NCBI GenBank assembly: GCA_903892035.1
Contig: CAITGV010000005.1
Coordinates: forward strand, 1-39,010
From: an uncultured bacterium
GTDB lineage: Bacteria > Patescibacteriota > Minisyncoccia > Phycocordibacterales > UBA9973
Direction: 5' to 3'
DNA: 39,010 bases
The notes beneath the pieces were generated by a model. That model made no database searches. It saw nothing but the letters and a program-made list of their open reading frames with translations, and was not told the DNA's origin. Each line of letters starts with the position of its first letter. Positions within the stretch are counted from its first letter, which is position 1. Shown here piece by piece: positions 27,156-36,629 of the stretch. The translations under genes were made by a program, and so were the position numbers.

Positions 27156-28910
27156 TTAAATTTTTTGTTTATCCCAAAAATCTCTAAAACGCCCATCTTT
27201 TGAATAGAGTTCATCGAAAGTTCCCTCTTCAATTATTTTCCCATCTTCAATTACAATTATTCGATCCATTTCTTTTACTGTCGATAGACGGTGAGCAATG
27301 ACTACCGCAGTAACATTCTTGAAAAACTTTTTCAAAGAGTCTTGAATTTTTTGTTCTGATTCAATGTCTAAATGCGAAGTAGCTTCATCTAAAAATAAAA
27401 TTTCAGGTTGTTTAAAAACAGCTCTAGCAATTCCAAGACGTTGACGTTCACCACCAGAAAGCTTTACACCTTTTTCTCCAATCTTAGTTTCTACGCCATC
27501 TTTAAGTTTAGGTAAAAAATCTCTCACATGAGCAATATCTAAAGCTTGCTCGAATAATGTTTCGTTATCTATTTCATTACTATTTGCTAACACTACGTTT
27601 TGTTTTAGTGACATATTAAATACTTCTGTTTCCTGAAGTACAGCTGCCATATGTTTCGTATAACTTGATTTTTTAATTGTTTTTAAAGATGTTTCTCCAA
27701 TTAAAATTTCTCCGTCATAATTTTCATATTCTTTTAGTAAAAGTTTGAAAAGAGTCGATTTACCAGCGCCAGATAGTCCGACTATTCCGACTTTTTCACC
27801 TTTTTTAATTTGAAGATCAATATTTTGAAGTACAGGAACGTCACCATACATAAAGGAAAGATTTTTCATTGTAATAAACTGCCAGACAGTAGGAAATTCC
27901 ACTTTATTTTTTTCGCTTTCGATATTTATCGGCTCATCAAGCATTTCAGTCAATCTTACAATATTTGCATTATATGTTGCTACTTCTTGTGCAACATCAG
28001 AGAAATTGCCAATCGAATTTGTTAGTGTACTGAAATATCCATAGAACAATACAAGAAAACTAACTTCATAGTGTCCCTTGAAAATATTCCATATCACAAA
28101 AATAAAAAGAGCAATGCGCCCAAACCCCTCCCACAATCCTCGCAACATTCCCGCGACTTGATACCAATATACTCTCTTTTTTGCTTTTTGTGCATAATCA
28201 ATAACTCCTTCTTTAGTATAACCAAGAATTTTTTTTGCCATCCCAAGTACTTTGACTGTTTTAATATTTGAAATTATCTCAAAAAATAAACCTGTTATTT
28301 CTTCATCTTTAATATTAACAATTTGCTTTGCCTTTGTGGCTCTAACGCGCGTAAAACGTGCAATGCCAAAATATACTACTAGATAAACAGCAAGTAGTCC
28401 TGAAAGATTTGCATCAAAATGGGCAATAATGATAAATGATCCGACAACACTTACGATAATGTCGATAATAGATCCGAGCCACAAGCGCATACCATCAATA
28501 ATATTTTGAGATGCACGATCTATTTTTTTTAATTTATTTCCAGTGTTTTCTTTTTCATGCCACGATATGTCCAGAAGTGAAAGATGCTCTATTGAAAATA
28601 CTTCTGCATCTTTTCCTGCCCGCTCTGATGTACTCATTCCAATATATCGTGACAGAAAAAGAGTAATATGCCTTACGCAAATTACAACAAACCATATGAT
28701 AAATATTGTATAAAGTGGTGTCAGGGATTGATTGGGTTTATATGCAACTACAAAATTTACAATACTAGCAAGTGCGTAAGCATTGTAAAGCCAGACTGCA
28801 GAACTTATAGCTGATAAAAAAGTGGAAGTATAAAACTGCCTTGAGTAAGGCTTAATTAAAAATTGTTTAAAAAATAAAAAAACTCGTTTGTAAGAGGAAT
28901 GGTTTTCCAT
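27156..28910 (-). CDS. ABC exporter, fused TMD-NBD (MsbA/MdlB-like type IV)
   Basis: About 6 TM helices, then GLSGAGKST, LSGGERQR, FLDEATSHLD, IAHRLST. ATG at 28910 lies 7 nt after TGt-TAAAAT. Confidence 0.93.
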   Translation of the reverse strand: MENHSSYKRVFLFFKQFLIKPYSRQFYTSTFLSAISSAVWLYNAYALASIVNFVVAYKPNQSLTPLYTIFIIWFVVICVRHITLFLSRYIGMSTSERAGKDAEVFSIEHLSLLDISWHEKENTGNKLKKIDRASQNIIDGMRLWLGSIIDIIVSVVGSFIIIAHFDANLSGLLAVYLVVYFGIARFTRVRATKAKQIVNIKDEEITGLFFEIISNIKTVKVLGMAKKILGYTKEGVIDYAQKAKKRVYWYQVAGMLRGLWEGFGRIALFIFVIWNIFKGHYEVSFLVLFYGYFSTLTNSIGNFSDVAQEVATYNANIVRLTEMLDEPINIESEKNKVEFPTVWQFITMKNLSFMYGDVPVLQNIDLQIKKGEKVGIVGLSGAGKSTLFKLLLKEYENYDGEILIGETSLKTIKKSSYTKHMAAVLQETEVFNMSLKQNVVLANSNEIDNETLFEQALDIAHVRDFLPKLKDGVETKIGEKGVKLSGGERQRLGIARAVFKQPEILFLDEATSHLDIESEQKIQDSLKKFFKNVTAVVIAHRLSTVKEMDRIIVIEDGKIIEEGTFDELYSKDGRFRDFWDKQKI

Positions 28911-28943
28911 TGTATACATTTTAACACACCTTACGTACAACGT

Positions 28944-28969
28944 AAAAATCGTCCTGTTGGACGATTTTT
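28944..28969 (-). terminator. Terminator of rplU
   Basis: aaaaatcgtcc-tgtt-ggacgattttt, overlapping the rplU stop codon. Confidence 0.8.
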
Positions 28970-29285
28970 ATTTTATAGAAGTTATTTTTACTTTAGTGAA
29001 AGGTTGGCGGTGGCCGTTTTTGCGAAGGTAGCGAGATTTTTGTTTATATTTTAGAACGATAACCTTTTTTGCGCGTCCATTAGTTTCAAACAATGCATCT
29101 ACAGAAGCACCTTTGATGTAAGGCATACCGATAGTGGTATCTTTTCCATTATCTACAAGCAAAACCTTGTCAAAAGTGATTTTATCGCCTTTTGCGTGCT
29201 CGCCGTCGAGCTTTTCAATAGTGATAATGTCACCAACTTTGACTTTATATTGTTTGCCCCCTGTTTGTATTACTGCAAATTCCAT
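28968..29285 (-). CDS. rplU: 50S ribosomal protein L21
   Basis: FAVIQTGGKQYKV, FDKVLL, GHRQPFT. Confidence 0.97.
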   Translation of the reverse strand: MEFAVIQTGGKQYKVKVGDIITIEKLDGEHAKGDKITFDKVLLVDNGKDTTIGMPYIKGASVDALFETNGRAKKVIVLKYKQKSRYLRKNGHRQPFTKVKITSIK

Positions 29286-29292
29286 AGGGGTA

Positions 29293-29345
29293 ATACTACA
29301 CTAAATACACATATATTGCAAGCACCTGTAAATATAAGGTATAAT
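29293..29345. promoter_or_regulatory. Bidirectional promoter sharing one palindromic -35 (TTGCAA)
   Basis: TTGCAA at 29316-29321 gives N17-TAGTAT toward rplU and N18-TATAAT toward corA. Confidence 0.7.
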
Positions 29346-29353
29346 AGCCCTAT

Positions 29354-30265
29354 ATGATATCAAAATATACGTATAAAAAGCTCACTTGGGTCGACCTTGA
29401 ATCTCCTACAAATGAAGAAATACTGTCACTTATCGAACAGTACAATTTACCCCTTTTGGTTGGTGAAGAAATTGCTGGGACTACACTTCGATCAAAGGTA
29501 GATGTGTATCCAAATGCCCTTTATTTGGTCCTTCACTTCCCTAGCCTCTCTCATACAAACAGTGAGCCATGCGAACAGGAAGTGGATTTCATAATTGGTA
29601 AAGATTTTCTTATAACTATTCACTATGAGCTTATTGATCCTTTGCATGAATTTTCAAAAGTCTTTGAAGCTAACTCAATTTTAGATAAAAGCATGATGGG
29701 CGACCACGCAGGCTTTTTATTTTTCTATATTATTCGTGAACTTTACAAACACCTCGCTCACGAACTCGACAGTATGAATGGTTCACTAAAAGAAATTAAA
29801 AAATTAATTTTTGACGGCAATGAAGAGCAAATGGTTCAAGAAATTTCTAAAATAAATCACCGTTTGCTTGATTTCAAACAAGCAATTCGATTCCACAACG
29901 AAACTTTAAAATCTTTTGAAACAGCAGGTCGTCATTTCTTTGGCGATGGCTTCGGATATTATCTTTCCGCTATCACTGGTGAATACAATAAAGTCAGCAA
30001 TATGCTTGAAGGTCACAGAGAAATACTCGCGGACTTACGCGATACAAATGATTCAATACTTCGAAGTAAAGTTGATGACACGATGAAGAAGCTCACAGTT
30101 ATGAGTTTTATAATAATGCCTCTGACCCTTATTGCAGATGTATTTTGTATGAATACTTTTTTCCCAATTCTCCGCACAACAAAAGATTTTTATACAGTCA
30201 TAGGTGCGATGGTTGCAATGGCTTTAATTATGTACGTTTACTTCAAACGTAAGAAGTGGTTCTAA
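29354..30265 (+). CDS. CorA/ZntB-family divalent cation transporter
   Basis: TWVDLESP, QEVDFIIGKDFLITIH, MKKLTV...MPLTLI and two C-terminal TMs. The signature reads CMN instead of GMN. Confidence 0.88.
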   Translation: MISKYTYKKLTWVDLESPTNEEILSLIEQYNLPLLVGEEIAGTTLRSKVDVYPNALYLVLHFPSLSHTNSEPCEQEVDFIIGKDFLITIHYELIDPLHEFSKVFEANSILDKSMMGDHAGFLFFYIIRELYKHLAHELDSMNGSLKEIKKLIFDGNEEQMVQEISKINHRLLDFKQAIRFHNETLKSFETAGRHFFGDGFGYYLSAITGEYNKVSNMLEGHREILADLRDTNDSILRSKVDDTMKKLTVMSFIIMPLTLIADVFCMNTFFPILRTTKDFYTVIGAMVAMALIMYVYFKRKKWF

Positions 30266-30266
30266 A

Positions 30267-31646
30267 ATGAAAATAAAACTTTACAATACCCTGTCACGAA
30301 ATATTGAAGATTTTGTACCACAAGCTCCAGGTCATGTTTCTTTATATACCTGCGGGCCAACTGTTTATAATTATGCTCATATTGGCAATCTTCGTGCTTA
30401 TATTTTTAGTGATATTTTGAAACGAGTACTTTTATACAACGGTCTTGAGGTAAACCACATAATGAATTTGACTGACATAGATGATAAAACAATTCGTGAC
30501 TCTCAAAAAGCTGGGCAAACACTTAAAGAATTTACAGAATTTTACACCAAAGAATTTTACACTGACCGTGATGCGTTAAATATTTTGCCTGCAACAAAAT
30601 ATACAAAAGCCACAGATTATATAAAGGAAATGGTAACGATGATTGAAACTCTTTTAGAAAAAAATTATGCGTACAAAGAAAATGACGGAAGTGTATATTT
30701 TGATATTAAAAAATTTCCTGAATATGGAAAACTTTCTCACATAGATATGAATGAGCAAAAGGAAAATGCTTCAGGAAGAATAAAGAAAGATGAATATGAA
30801 AAAGAAAACGCTCAAGATTTTGCGCTCTGGAAAGCTTGGGATGAAAATGATGGTGATGTTTTTTGGGATCCCTCGACAACACTCGGGACAAGCACTTCTT
30901 TAAGTAAGGGGCGCCCAGGGTGGCACATTGAATGCTCTGCAATGAGTATTGCAAATTTAGGAGAGACGATAGACATCCACACAGGTGGTATAGACAATAT
31001 GTTTCCCCACCACGAAAATGAGATTGCTCAGTCCGAATGTGCCACTGGAAAAACTTTTGCTAACTATTTTATGCACAATGAACACCTTCTTGTGGATGGT
31101 AAAAAAATGTCAAAGTCTGCTGGAAATTTTTACACTTTACGTGACATTGTAGCAAAAGGTTACAACCCTATCGCTTTTCGTTACCTCGCTCTTCAAAATA
31201 GCTACCGTACACCACTAAACTTTACTTTTGATTCTCTTGATGGCGCACAATCTGCCTTAAAAAAAATGTATAATATTTTCCTAAAACTTGGCGCTGAATA
31301 TGGAAATATCAATAAGAATTATGAAGATGAATTTATAACTGCAATTAATAGTGATCTGGGAGTCTCTCAGGCCCTTGGTATTGCATGGAAAATGCTTGGA
31401 GATGAATCTGTATCAAAAGCTGACAAAAAGGCCACAATACTGAAATTTGATGAAGTTTTTGGGTTAGGACTCTTAAATGTTAATAAAATTGAAATTCCCG
31501 ACGAAATAATCAAACTTAAAGAAGAAAGAGAATACGCACGCTCACAAAAGAATTGGGCAAGCTCTGATGAAATTAGAATAATAATAGAAGAAAAAGGCTA
31601 CAAAGTTATAGATTCTGATTCTATTTCAACAATAGAAAAAATATAA
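30267..31646 (+). CDS. cysS: Cysteine--tRNA ligase
   Basis: [58 protein letters not shown]. Confidence 0.97.
   Translation: MKIKLYNTLSRNIEDFVPQAPGHVSLYTCGPTVYNYAHIGNLRAYIFSDILKRVLLYNGLEVNHIMNLTDIDDKTIRDSQKAGQTLKEFTEFYTKEFYTDRDALNILPATKYTKATDYIKEMVTMIETLLEKNYAYKENDGSVYFDIKKFPEYGKLSHIDMNEQKENASGRIKKDEYEKENAQDFALWKAWDENDGDVFWDPSTTLGTSTSLSKGRPGWHIECSAMSIANLGETIDIHTGGIDNMFPHHENEIAQSECATGKTFANYFMHNEHLLVDGKKMSKSAGNFYTLRDIVAKGYNPIAFRYLALQNSYRTPLNFTFDSLDGAQSALKKMYNIFLKLGAEYGNINKNYEDEFITAINSDLGVSQALGIAWKMLGDESVSKADKKATILKFDEVFGLGLLNVNKIEIPDEIIKLKEEREYARSQKNWASSDEIRIIIEEKGYKVIDSDSISTIEKI
30869..30893 (+). repeat. In-frame palindromic micro-insertion within cysS (encodes PSTTLGTS)
   Basis: tccc-tc-ga-caacac-tc-ggga bulged hairpin. 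There are 14 residues between W and GRPGWH versus the usual 6. Confidence 0.65.
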
Positions 31647-33347
31647 CTATTTTGTAGGAGCTGGTACTTCAGGAAGAGTGAAGCTAAACGTGGAACCCAT
31701 GTCTACACCTGGAGATTCAACTTTTATGCCTCCTTTATGGGCATCTAAAATCTGCTTCACAAGGTAAAGCCCAAGACCTGATCCGCCAGCATTTACTTTC
31801 TGTCCTGCGCCACGCGAGAACTTTTCAAAAAGTTTTGTTTTACCTTCTTCGGAAATTCCAATACCAGAATCGGATATAGACACTGTGACATTTCCACCAT
31901 TTCGAGATAGATTTACTTTTATAAAACCTTGTTTTGTGTATTTCAATGAATTATCAATTAAATTCACAAGTACCTGACGAATTTTCACATTATCAGCTGA
32001 AACAAAAATCTCTCCTTCAAAAGTCTTTTCAAAAGTAAGCGCGAGGCCTTTTGCTGTAGCAGTGACATTCAATTCTTTTACTACGGTCTCTGCCATCTTG
32101 GCTAAATCCACTGGCGTAAATTCAAAACGCATTCCTCCTTGTTCAATTTTCGAGACATCGAGCAAGTCTTCCACAACTCGTGACAAATTTTGTGCAGACT
32201 GAAATACGCGATCAATCGCCTCTTTTTGCTCAGGAGTAATGGAACCAAACGAACCCTCAGAAAGCATTGAAGTATAGCCCTTGATAGCAGTCAAAGGGCT
32301 TCGAAGCTGATGCGAAGCGAGCGAAAGAAATTCTGTCTTCAACTTATCAAGAGATTTTAATTTTTCATTCGCGTCACTTAATTTCATATTTGTATCTTCT
32401 AATTTCAAACGTAGTTGTTCTAACCTTTCACGCTGTTCAACTTCACGTTTTACTGCTTTAATTAAAAATTGCCCCAAAACAATTGATACAATAAACCCAA
32501 TACCATTGAGAATAAAATTTATGTGTGTTTTTATAAAAAAGAACTGTGAACCGATAAGTATAACAAGACCCCACACCAAAGCTTCAGTCGCTAGAAGTTT
32601 AATATTAAATGTCCTAAACCTCGTTATAAGAATACTTATAAAAATCATAAATATAACAATTCCCAAAAGTCCGTACATTTCAAGTGAAGAATTAGCCAAT
32701 ACACCTATTTGAGTAAGATAAGATGCCAAAAATATCATCACAAAAAATACAAACAAGAACAGCTCAATTCCTACTCCCATATATATTATCTGTTTTTTAA
32801 AATCTGAGGTAGATATTCGATACTTTCTAATAAGTAGAACAAAGATCCAAACAAGTGCAAGCACACCAAGTAGGGTGTAGTAAATTTTAAATGGTAACCA
32901 TTCAAACCGAAAAGCATCACAGTCAGTTATATTAAAACCACTTATATTTATTGAGGTTGTAGAAAAAAGAAAAATAGGAGCTAAAAGAGTAATAAAAATA
33001 AATTTAATTTTATTAGAAATATCTTCTTTATTTAAAAATACATATATAAAATATATACTAAGTATAGCAAGTAAACCCAAAATCAAACTGAAGAAAGACC
33101 ATGCAAACATTACAATATTACTATGAATATTTGTCCATGTAATTAAATTTACAGTTGCCCAAAATGAAAAAAGAATAGAAATTAAAAAAAACAATCGATT
33201 GAGCAGAAATTTTCTACCGCTCCAAAAAACAAAGAATCCAACAAATAGCGAAATTATTATAGCTGGAATATGAGCATAGTATAACAATGATGGTACATCA
33301 GAGGAATAAATAAAATATGTTGGTTCTGGAAATAAATAGCAAATCAT
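31647..33347 (-). CDS. Membrane-bound sensor histidine kinase (multi-TM input domain)
   Basis: About 8 TM helices and a coiled coil, then H-box FLSLASHQLRSPL, N-box NLIDNSLKY, G1 DSGIG, FEKF, G2 GSGLGL. Confidence 0.93.
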   Translation of the reverse strand: MICYLFPEPTYFIYSSDVPSLLYYAHIPAIIISLFVGFFVFWSGRKFLLNRLFFLISILFSFWATVNLITWTNIHSNIVMFAWSFFSLILGLLAILSIYFIYVFLNKEDISNKIKFIFITLLAPIFLFSTTSINISGFNITDCDAFRFEWLPFKIYYTLLGVLALVWIFVLLIRKYRISTSDFKKQIIYMGVGIELFLFVFFVMIFLASYLTQIGVLANSSLEMYGLLGIVIFMIFISILITRFRTFNIKLLATEALVWGLVILIGSQFFFIKTHINFILNGIGFIVSIVLGQFLIKAVKREVEQRERLEQLRLKLEDTNMKLSDANEKLKSLDKLKTEFLSLASHQLRSPLTAIKGYTSMLSEGSFGSITPEQKEAIDRVFQSAQNLSRVVEDLLDVSKIEQGGMRFEFTPVDLAKMAETVVKELNVTATAKGLALTFEKTFEGEIFVSADNVKIRQVLVNLIDNSLKYTKQGFIKVNLSRNGGNVTVSISDSGIGISEEGKTKLFEKFSRGAGQKVNAGGSGLGLYLVKQILDAHKGGIKVESPGVDMGSTFSFTLPEVPAPTK

Positions 33348-33739
33348 GAGTTTATATTATTAGTATTATTCTGTTGTGCTGGTATGTCGCATACTTTTTC
33401 TGTAATATTCTTATCACAGTATGTTACTGAACACTCCCTGTCTCCCTGAAGGCATTGATTTGAAGCTTCACAATTCGTAATATCTTTACCACATTCTTTA
33501 TATAAATCTGGTTCATATTTTTGTATTTCAGAATAATAATCTGGCTTAGCACAAGCACTATCTCCACCGCAATCCACAAAACATTTATGTGCGGATGGAT
33601 CACAAGAAGCATGGTACCACACAATGTAATCTTGTTTAATAAAAAAGTGATTATAAGAAATAATACCAATAACAAGAATGAGTATTGTTATTAAATAGAA
33701 GAAAAAGTTTTTCCGAATTTTTAAAAATAAGAATTGCAT
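33344..33739 (-). CDS. Hypothetical Cys-rich membrane-anchored protein (10 Cys)
   Basis: One N-terminal TM, then 10 Cys; overlaps the kinase start by 4 bp. Confidence 0.8.
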   Translation of the reverse strand: MQFLFLKIRKNFFFYLITILILVIGIISYNHFFIKQDYIVWYHASCDPSAHKCFVDCGGDSACAKPDYYSEIQKYEPDLYKECGKDITNCEASNQCLQGDRECSVTYCDKNITEKVCDIPAQQNNTNNINS

Positions 33740-33744
33740 GTTTA

Positions 33745-34641
33745 TTATAATTGATTTTTTTTGAAAAGTTGACTGGAAATAATATTATAACATAGTTGAG
33801 CAGCTCCATATTCTGTCCGTACATCATTTGGAACTGGTGCAACTTCTAATATCCCTAAACCAATGACACTTTTTCTATTTACAATTTCTTTAAGTAAATT
33901 TATTGTATACCACCATTCAAGCCCACCCTGCACAGGTGTACCAGTGGCAGGTAAAAATGCAGGATCAATGCCATCTACGTCAATTTCAATATACACTTTA
34001 TCAGTTTTTATTGAACTAATTATTTCTTCAATGGTTGGAACTTTCCCTAATCCCCACTCAAACACAGTAATAGGATTATTAGTAAAAAAATCATATTCAT
34101 CTTTTGAATATGATCGAATTCCAACTTGCACTAAATTAAAACCAAATTCAAAAGCTCGACGCATAACACACGCATGCGCGAAAGTACTTGGTCGTGACTG
34201 GTCTGGATTTGCATTTCTATCATCCTGGCGTAAGTCTGGATGAGCGTCTATTTGTAAAATAGTAATATCTTTAGAATTTTCTAATTCAGAAATAGCCTGA
34301 AAAGCACCGATGGAAACTGAGTGTTCTCCACCTAGTATTACTGGAAATCTTTCTTTTTTTGAATAAATACTTTTATATTCGTCCTTAACCTTCAAAACCA
34401 TATCTTCCGGATATAATTCGTTTAAATCACCTAAATCTAAATGTGCAATTTTATGTTCATAGCCAGTTTCCCTCTTAGTGTACCTATCGAAAAACTCAAC
34501 ATCTTCTTCCAGGCATTTTACAATTGCTTTTCCTCCATCAATAGCTCCCTTTCGATGGGAAGCCGTTCGGTCGTAGCCAATTGTTAAGAGCAAAACCTCA
34601 GATTCATCTATTTTTTTACAGTTTATAATGGAGTCAATCAT
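33745..34641 (-). CDS. speB: Agmatinase (ureohydrolase family)
   Basis: GGEHSVS, IDAHPDLR, HAC, GIRS, IDVDGIDP, PATGTPVQGG; close to speA. Confidence 0.88.
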   Translation of the reverse strand: MIDSIINCKKIDESEVLLLTIGYDRTASHRKGAIDGGKAIVKCLEEDVEFFDRYTKRETGYEHKIAHLDLGDLNELYPEDMVLKVKDEYKSIYSKKERFPVILGGEHSVSIGAFQAISELENSKDITILQIDAHPDLRQDDRNANPDQSRPSTFAHACVMRRAFEFGFNLVQVGIRSYSKDEYDFFTNNPITVFEWGLGKVPTIEEIISSIKTDKVYIEIDVDGIDPAFLPATGTPVQGGLEWWYTINLLKEIVNRKSVIGLGILEVAPVPNDVRTEYGAAQLCYNIISSQLFKKNQL

Positions 34642-34721
34642 AAGTATATTTAATAATAATATTTTTCAATTATTTTGTATTTAAATTATATCATATAAAT
34701 TAGTTAAACATATAGTGATTA

Positions 34722-35642
34722 TTACTTAGAAAGAAACAACAAATACGTCCCAATTCCTGTTATCAGTATTGCAATAACTTTCTGCCAAATATGTTTTGCT
34801 TGTATTTTTTCAACTGATATTTTTGGGAAAAACATAGTTAAAAATATGCCAATCAATAATGCAAAAATTGACTGAAATGAGTCCGTCAAAAGGACAAGTG
34901 CAACAGGAGCAAGCATATAAGCAACCGCAAAGACTATGTTACCTAAAATGTACAAGAATTCATTTAAAATTCCTAAGGATAAGACGACTTTTGAATTACC
35001 CTTGATTGCTGAAATAAAATTTGTACGATACGAACGAATAAATAAAAAAAGTATAATACCAACTAATACCAAACTAAGGTCTTCCCAAAACAGCGAGCGC
35101 CAAACATTTTCCTGAATTGCTACTGATTTAAAAATAACTGCTTCGAGTGCCCAGCATAAACATGCAGCAAGCATTGGTAAAACTGTTTTCTTTCGAAGCT
35201 TAAATTTATTTTCTGAATCTACTTCAAATGAAATTACTGATGTTCCTAAAATTATTATTGCCATTGAGATGAGTTGTATCTGTGTAAGAATTTCTCCAAG
35301 AATAAAATAACCGAGTATATATCCAAACACAGGTACGAGCTGATAGAACACAATAACAATTGAGGCCTCTTCTTCTTTTATTGCTTGTAAATAGAACCAC
35401 AATACTAGAACATTTAGTATACCCACAACAGCGAGCGCGAGAATCTTTATTCCATCGACATCTAGAACTGAGGGATCTGCAAAAAATATAAATGGTAGGG
35501 CAAGAATTGCCACAAAAGAAGATAGGATGAGAATAGTACCAACACCACCGTGTTTAAAATATTTTTCTAGAAGAATTTTATCTATATGGTTCGTTGTTGC
35601 GTACAGCAATGGACCAATTAATGCTATGAAAAACCAGTTCAT
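34722..35642 (-). CDS. EamA/DMT-family transporter (10 TM)
   Basis: Two-repeat 10-helix pattern; FYQLVPVF..ILGYFILGE.L. Confidence 0.88.
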   Translation of the reverse strand: MNWFFIALIGPLLYATTNHIDKILLEKYFKHGGVGTILILSSFVAILALPFIFFADPSVLDVDGIKILALAVVGILNVLVLWFYLQAIKEEEASIVIVFYQLVPVFGYILGYFILGEILTQIQLISMAIIILGTSVISFEVDSENKFKLRKKTVLPMLAACLCWALEAVIFKSVAIQENVWRSLFWEDLSLVLVGIILFLFIRSYRTNFISAIKGNSKVVLSLGILNEFLYILGNIVFAVAYMLAPVALVLLTDSFQSIFALLIGIFLTMFFPKISVEKIQAKHIWQKVIAILITGIGTYLLFLSK

Positions 35643-35655
35643 AGGTATGAGTATA

Positions 35656-36555
35656 CTACTGTGTATGTTTCTTTACAATGTATTTATTTAAAAATGAATC
35701 AGGTTTATAACTCTCTTTTGATTTTCTTAACCCGAGTATACCTAGATCTTGCTGCCAATTAACATACTGCATTCCATGAGCTTCTAAAAATTTTGCTTCT
35801 TCCCAATCTAAAATATCACTCACCTTACAAGATAAATCTGTCTTAATAAAATGAGAAATCGCATATGAATCAGAGCAAATTTCATACATAGTAAAACCAA
35901 TTAAGAGCTTATTTTTATATATTGAAACTACTTTAATTTTATCATTTTTTATTTCTAAAAATCTTTTGAATGCTTGGTACTCGTTAAAATCTGGGAAATT
36001 ATACATATTTTTATATATTGCCCATTTTTCAAAAATTTCAGTATACTCGTCCTTAGCAATGTCTTGCAACAAACAATTTTTTACTTCATAATCTGGGTGT
36101 AATTTTAGAAATTTTCTAATACTCTTACTTGAATTATGACCTTGCCAATTATTTATATTTGATAAATGTTTAACTGAATATATATAGTCGTGTGAATCTA
36201 TATCTGGAGTAAAATCAAATTCTTTTTTATCTAATAAATTTACAGTTATTTCTGGAATTAATTCTAGTAAATTTATTTTATAATTTTTCTCAGAAAATTT
36301 AATTAACTCTTTAGCGGTCTCATTAACCATATTATCTCCAAGAAAAGAAAGAAAAGTTTGACCATCTATGTAATCTGAGAACTTAACTACAAGATTTCCA
36401 TTCAAAATAGAAAGTCCCATTTCTCCTTTTAAATCCCAAGCCCACATGCTTGAAAAATTAAAATCTGAATACGGAGGGTACTTTGATGTAAGATTTTCCA
36501 CATCTACCCTGTCGGTAAGTTCAAGTTTCTTAAATATTGGAAATAATGGAATCAT
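35656..36555 (-). CDS. DUF2156/MprF C-terminal-like (GNAT-fold) protein
   Basis: SDFNFSSMWAW, D..DYIYSVKHL, HFIKTD, YVNWQQDLGILGLRKSKESYKP match the family pattern as I recall it. Soluble, no TM. Confidence 0.75.
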   Translation of the reverse strand: MIPLFPIFKKLELTDRVDVENLTSKYPPYSDFNFSSMWAWDLKGEMGLSILNGNLVVKFSDYIDGQTFLSFLGDNMVNETAKELIKFSEKNYKINLLELIPEITVNLLDKKEFDFTPDIDSHDYIYSVKHLSNINNWQGHNSSKSIRKFLKLHPDYEVKNCLLQDIAKDEYTEIFEKWAIYKNMYNFPDFNEYQAFKRFLEIKNDKIKVVSIYKNKLLIGFTMYEICSDSYAISHFIKTDLSCKVSDILDWEEAKFLEAHGMQYVNWQQDLGILGLRKSKESYKPDSFLNKYIVKKHTQ

Positions 36556-36581
36556 AAGACCCTAAAAAATAGGGTTTACAT

Positions 36582-36623
36582 AGTATACCATATTTATAGT
36601 CATAAGTAAACCACTTATCCACT
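36582..36623 (-). promoter_or_regulatory. Promoter of the DUF2156 gene with an adjacent DnaA-box-like 9-mer
   Basis: TTTACT-N17-TATACT; ttatccact at 36615-36623 (1 mismatch to TTATCCACA). Confidence 0.6.
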
Positions 36624-36629
36624 TTTTGT

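Noticed and set aside
31069-31077. DnaA-box-like TTATGCACA within cysS
   Set aside because: It falls in conserved coding sequence (F-M-H-N) and is expected by chance.
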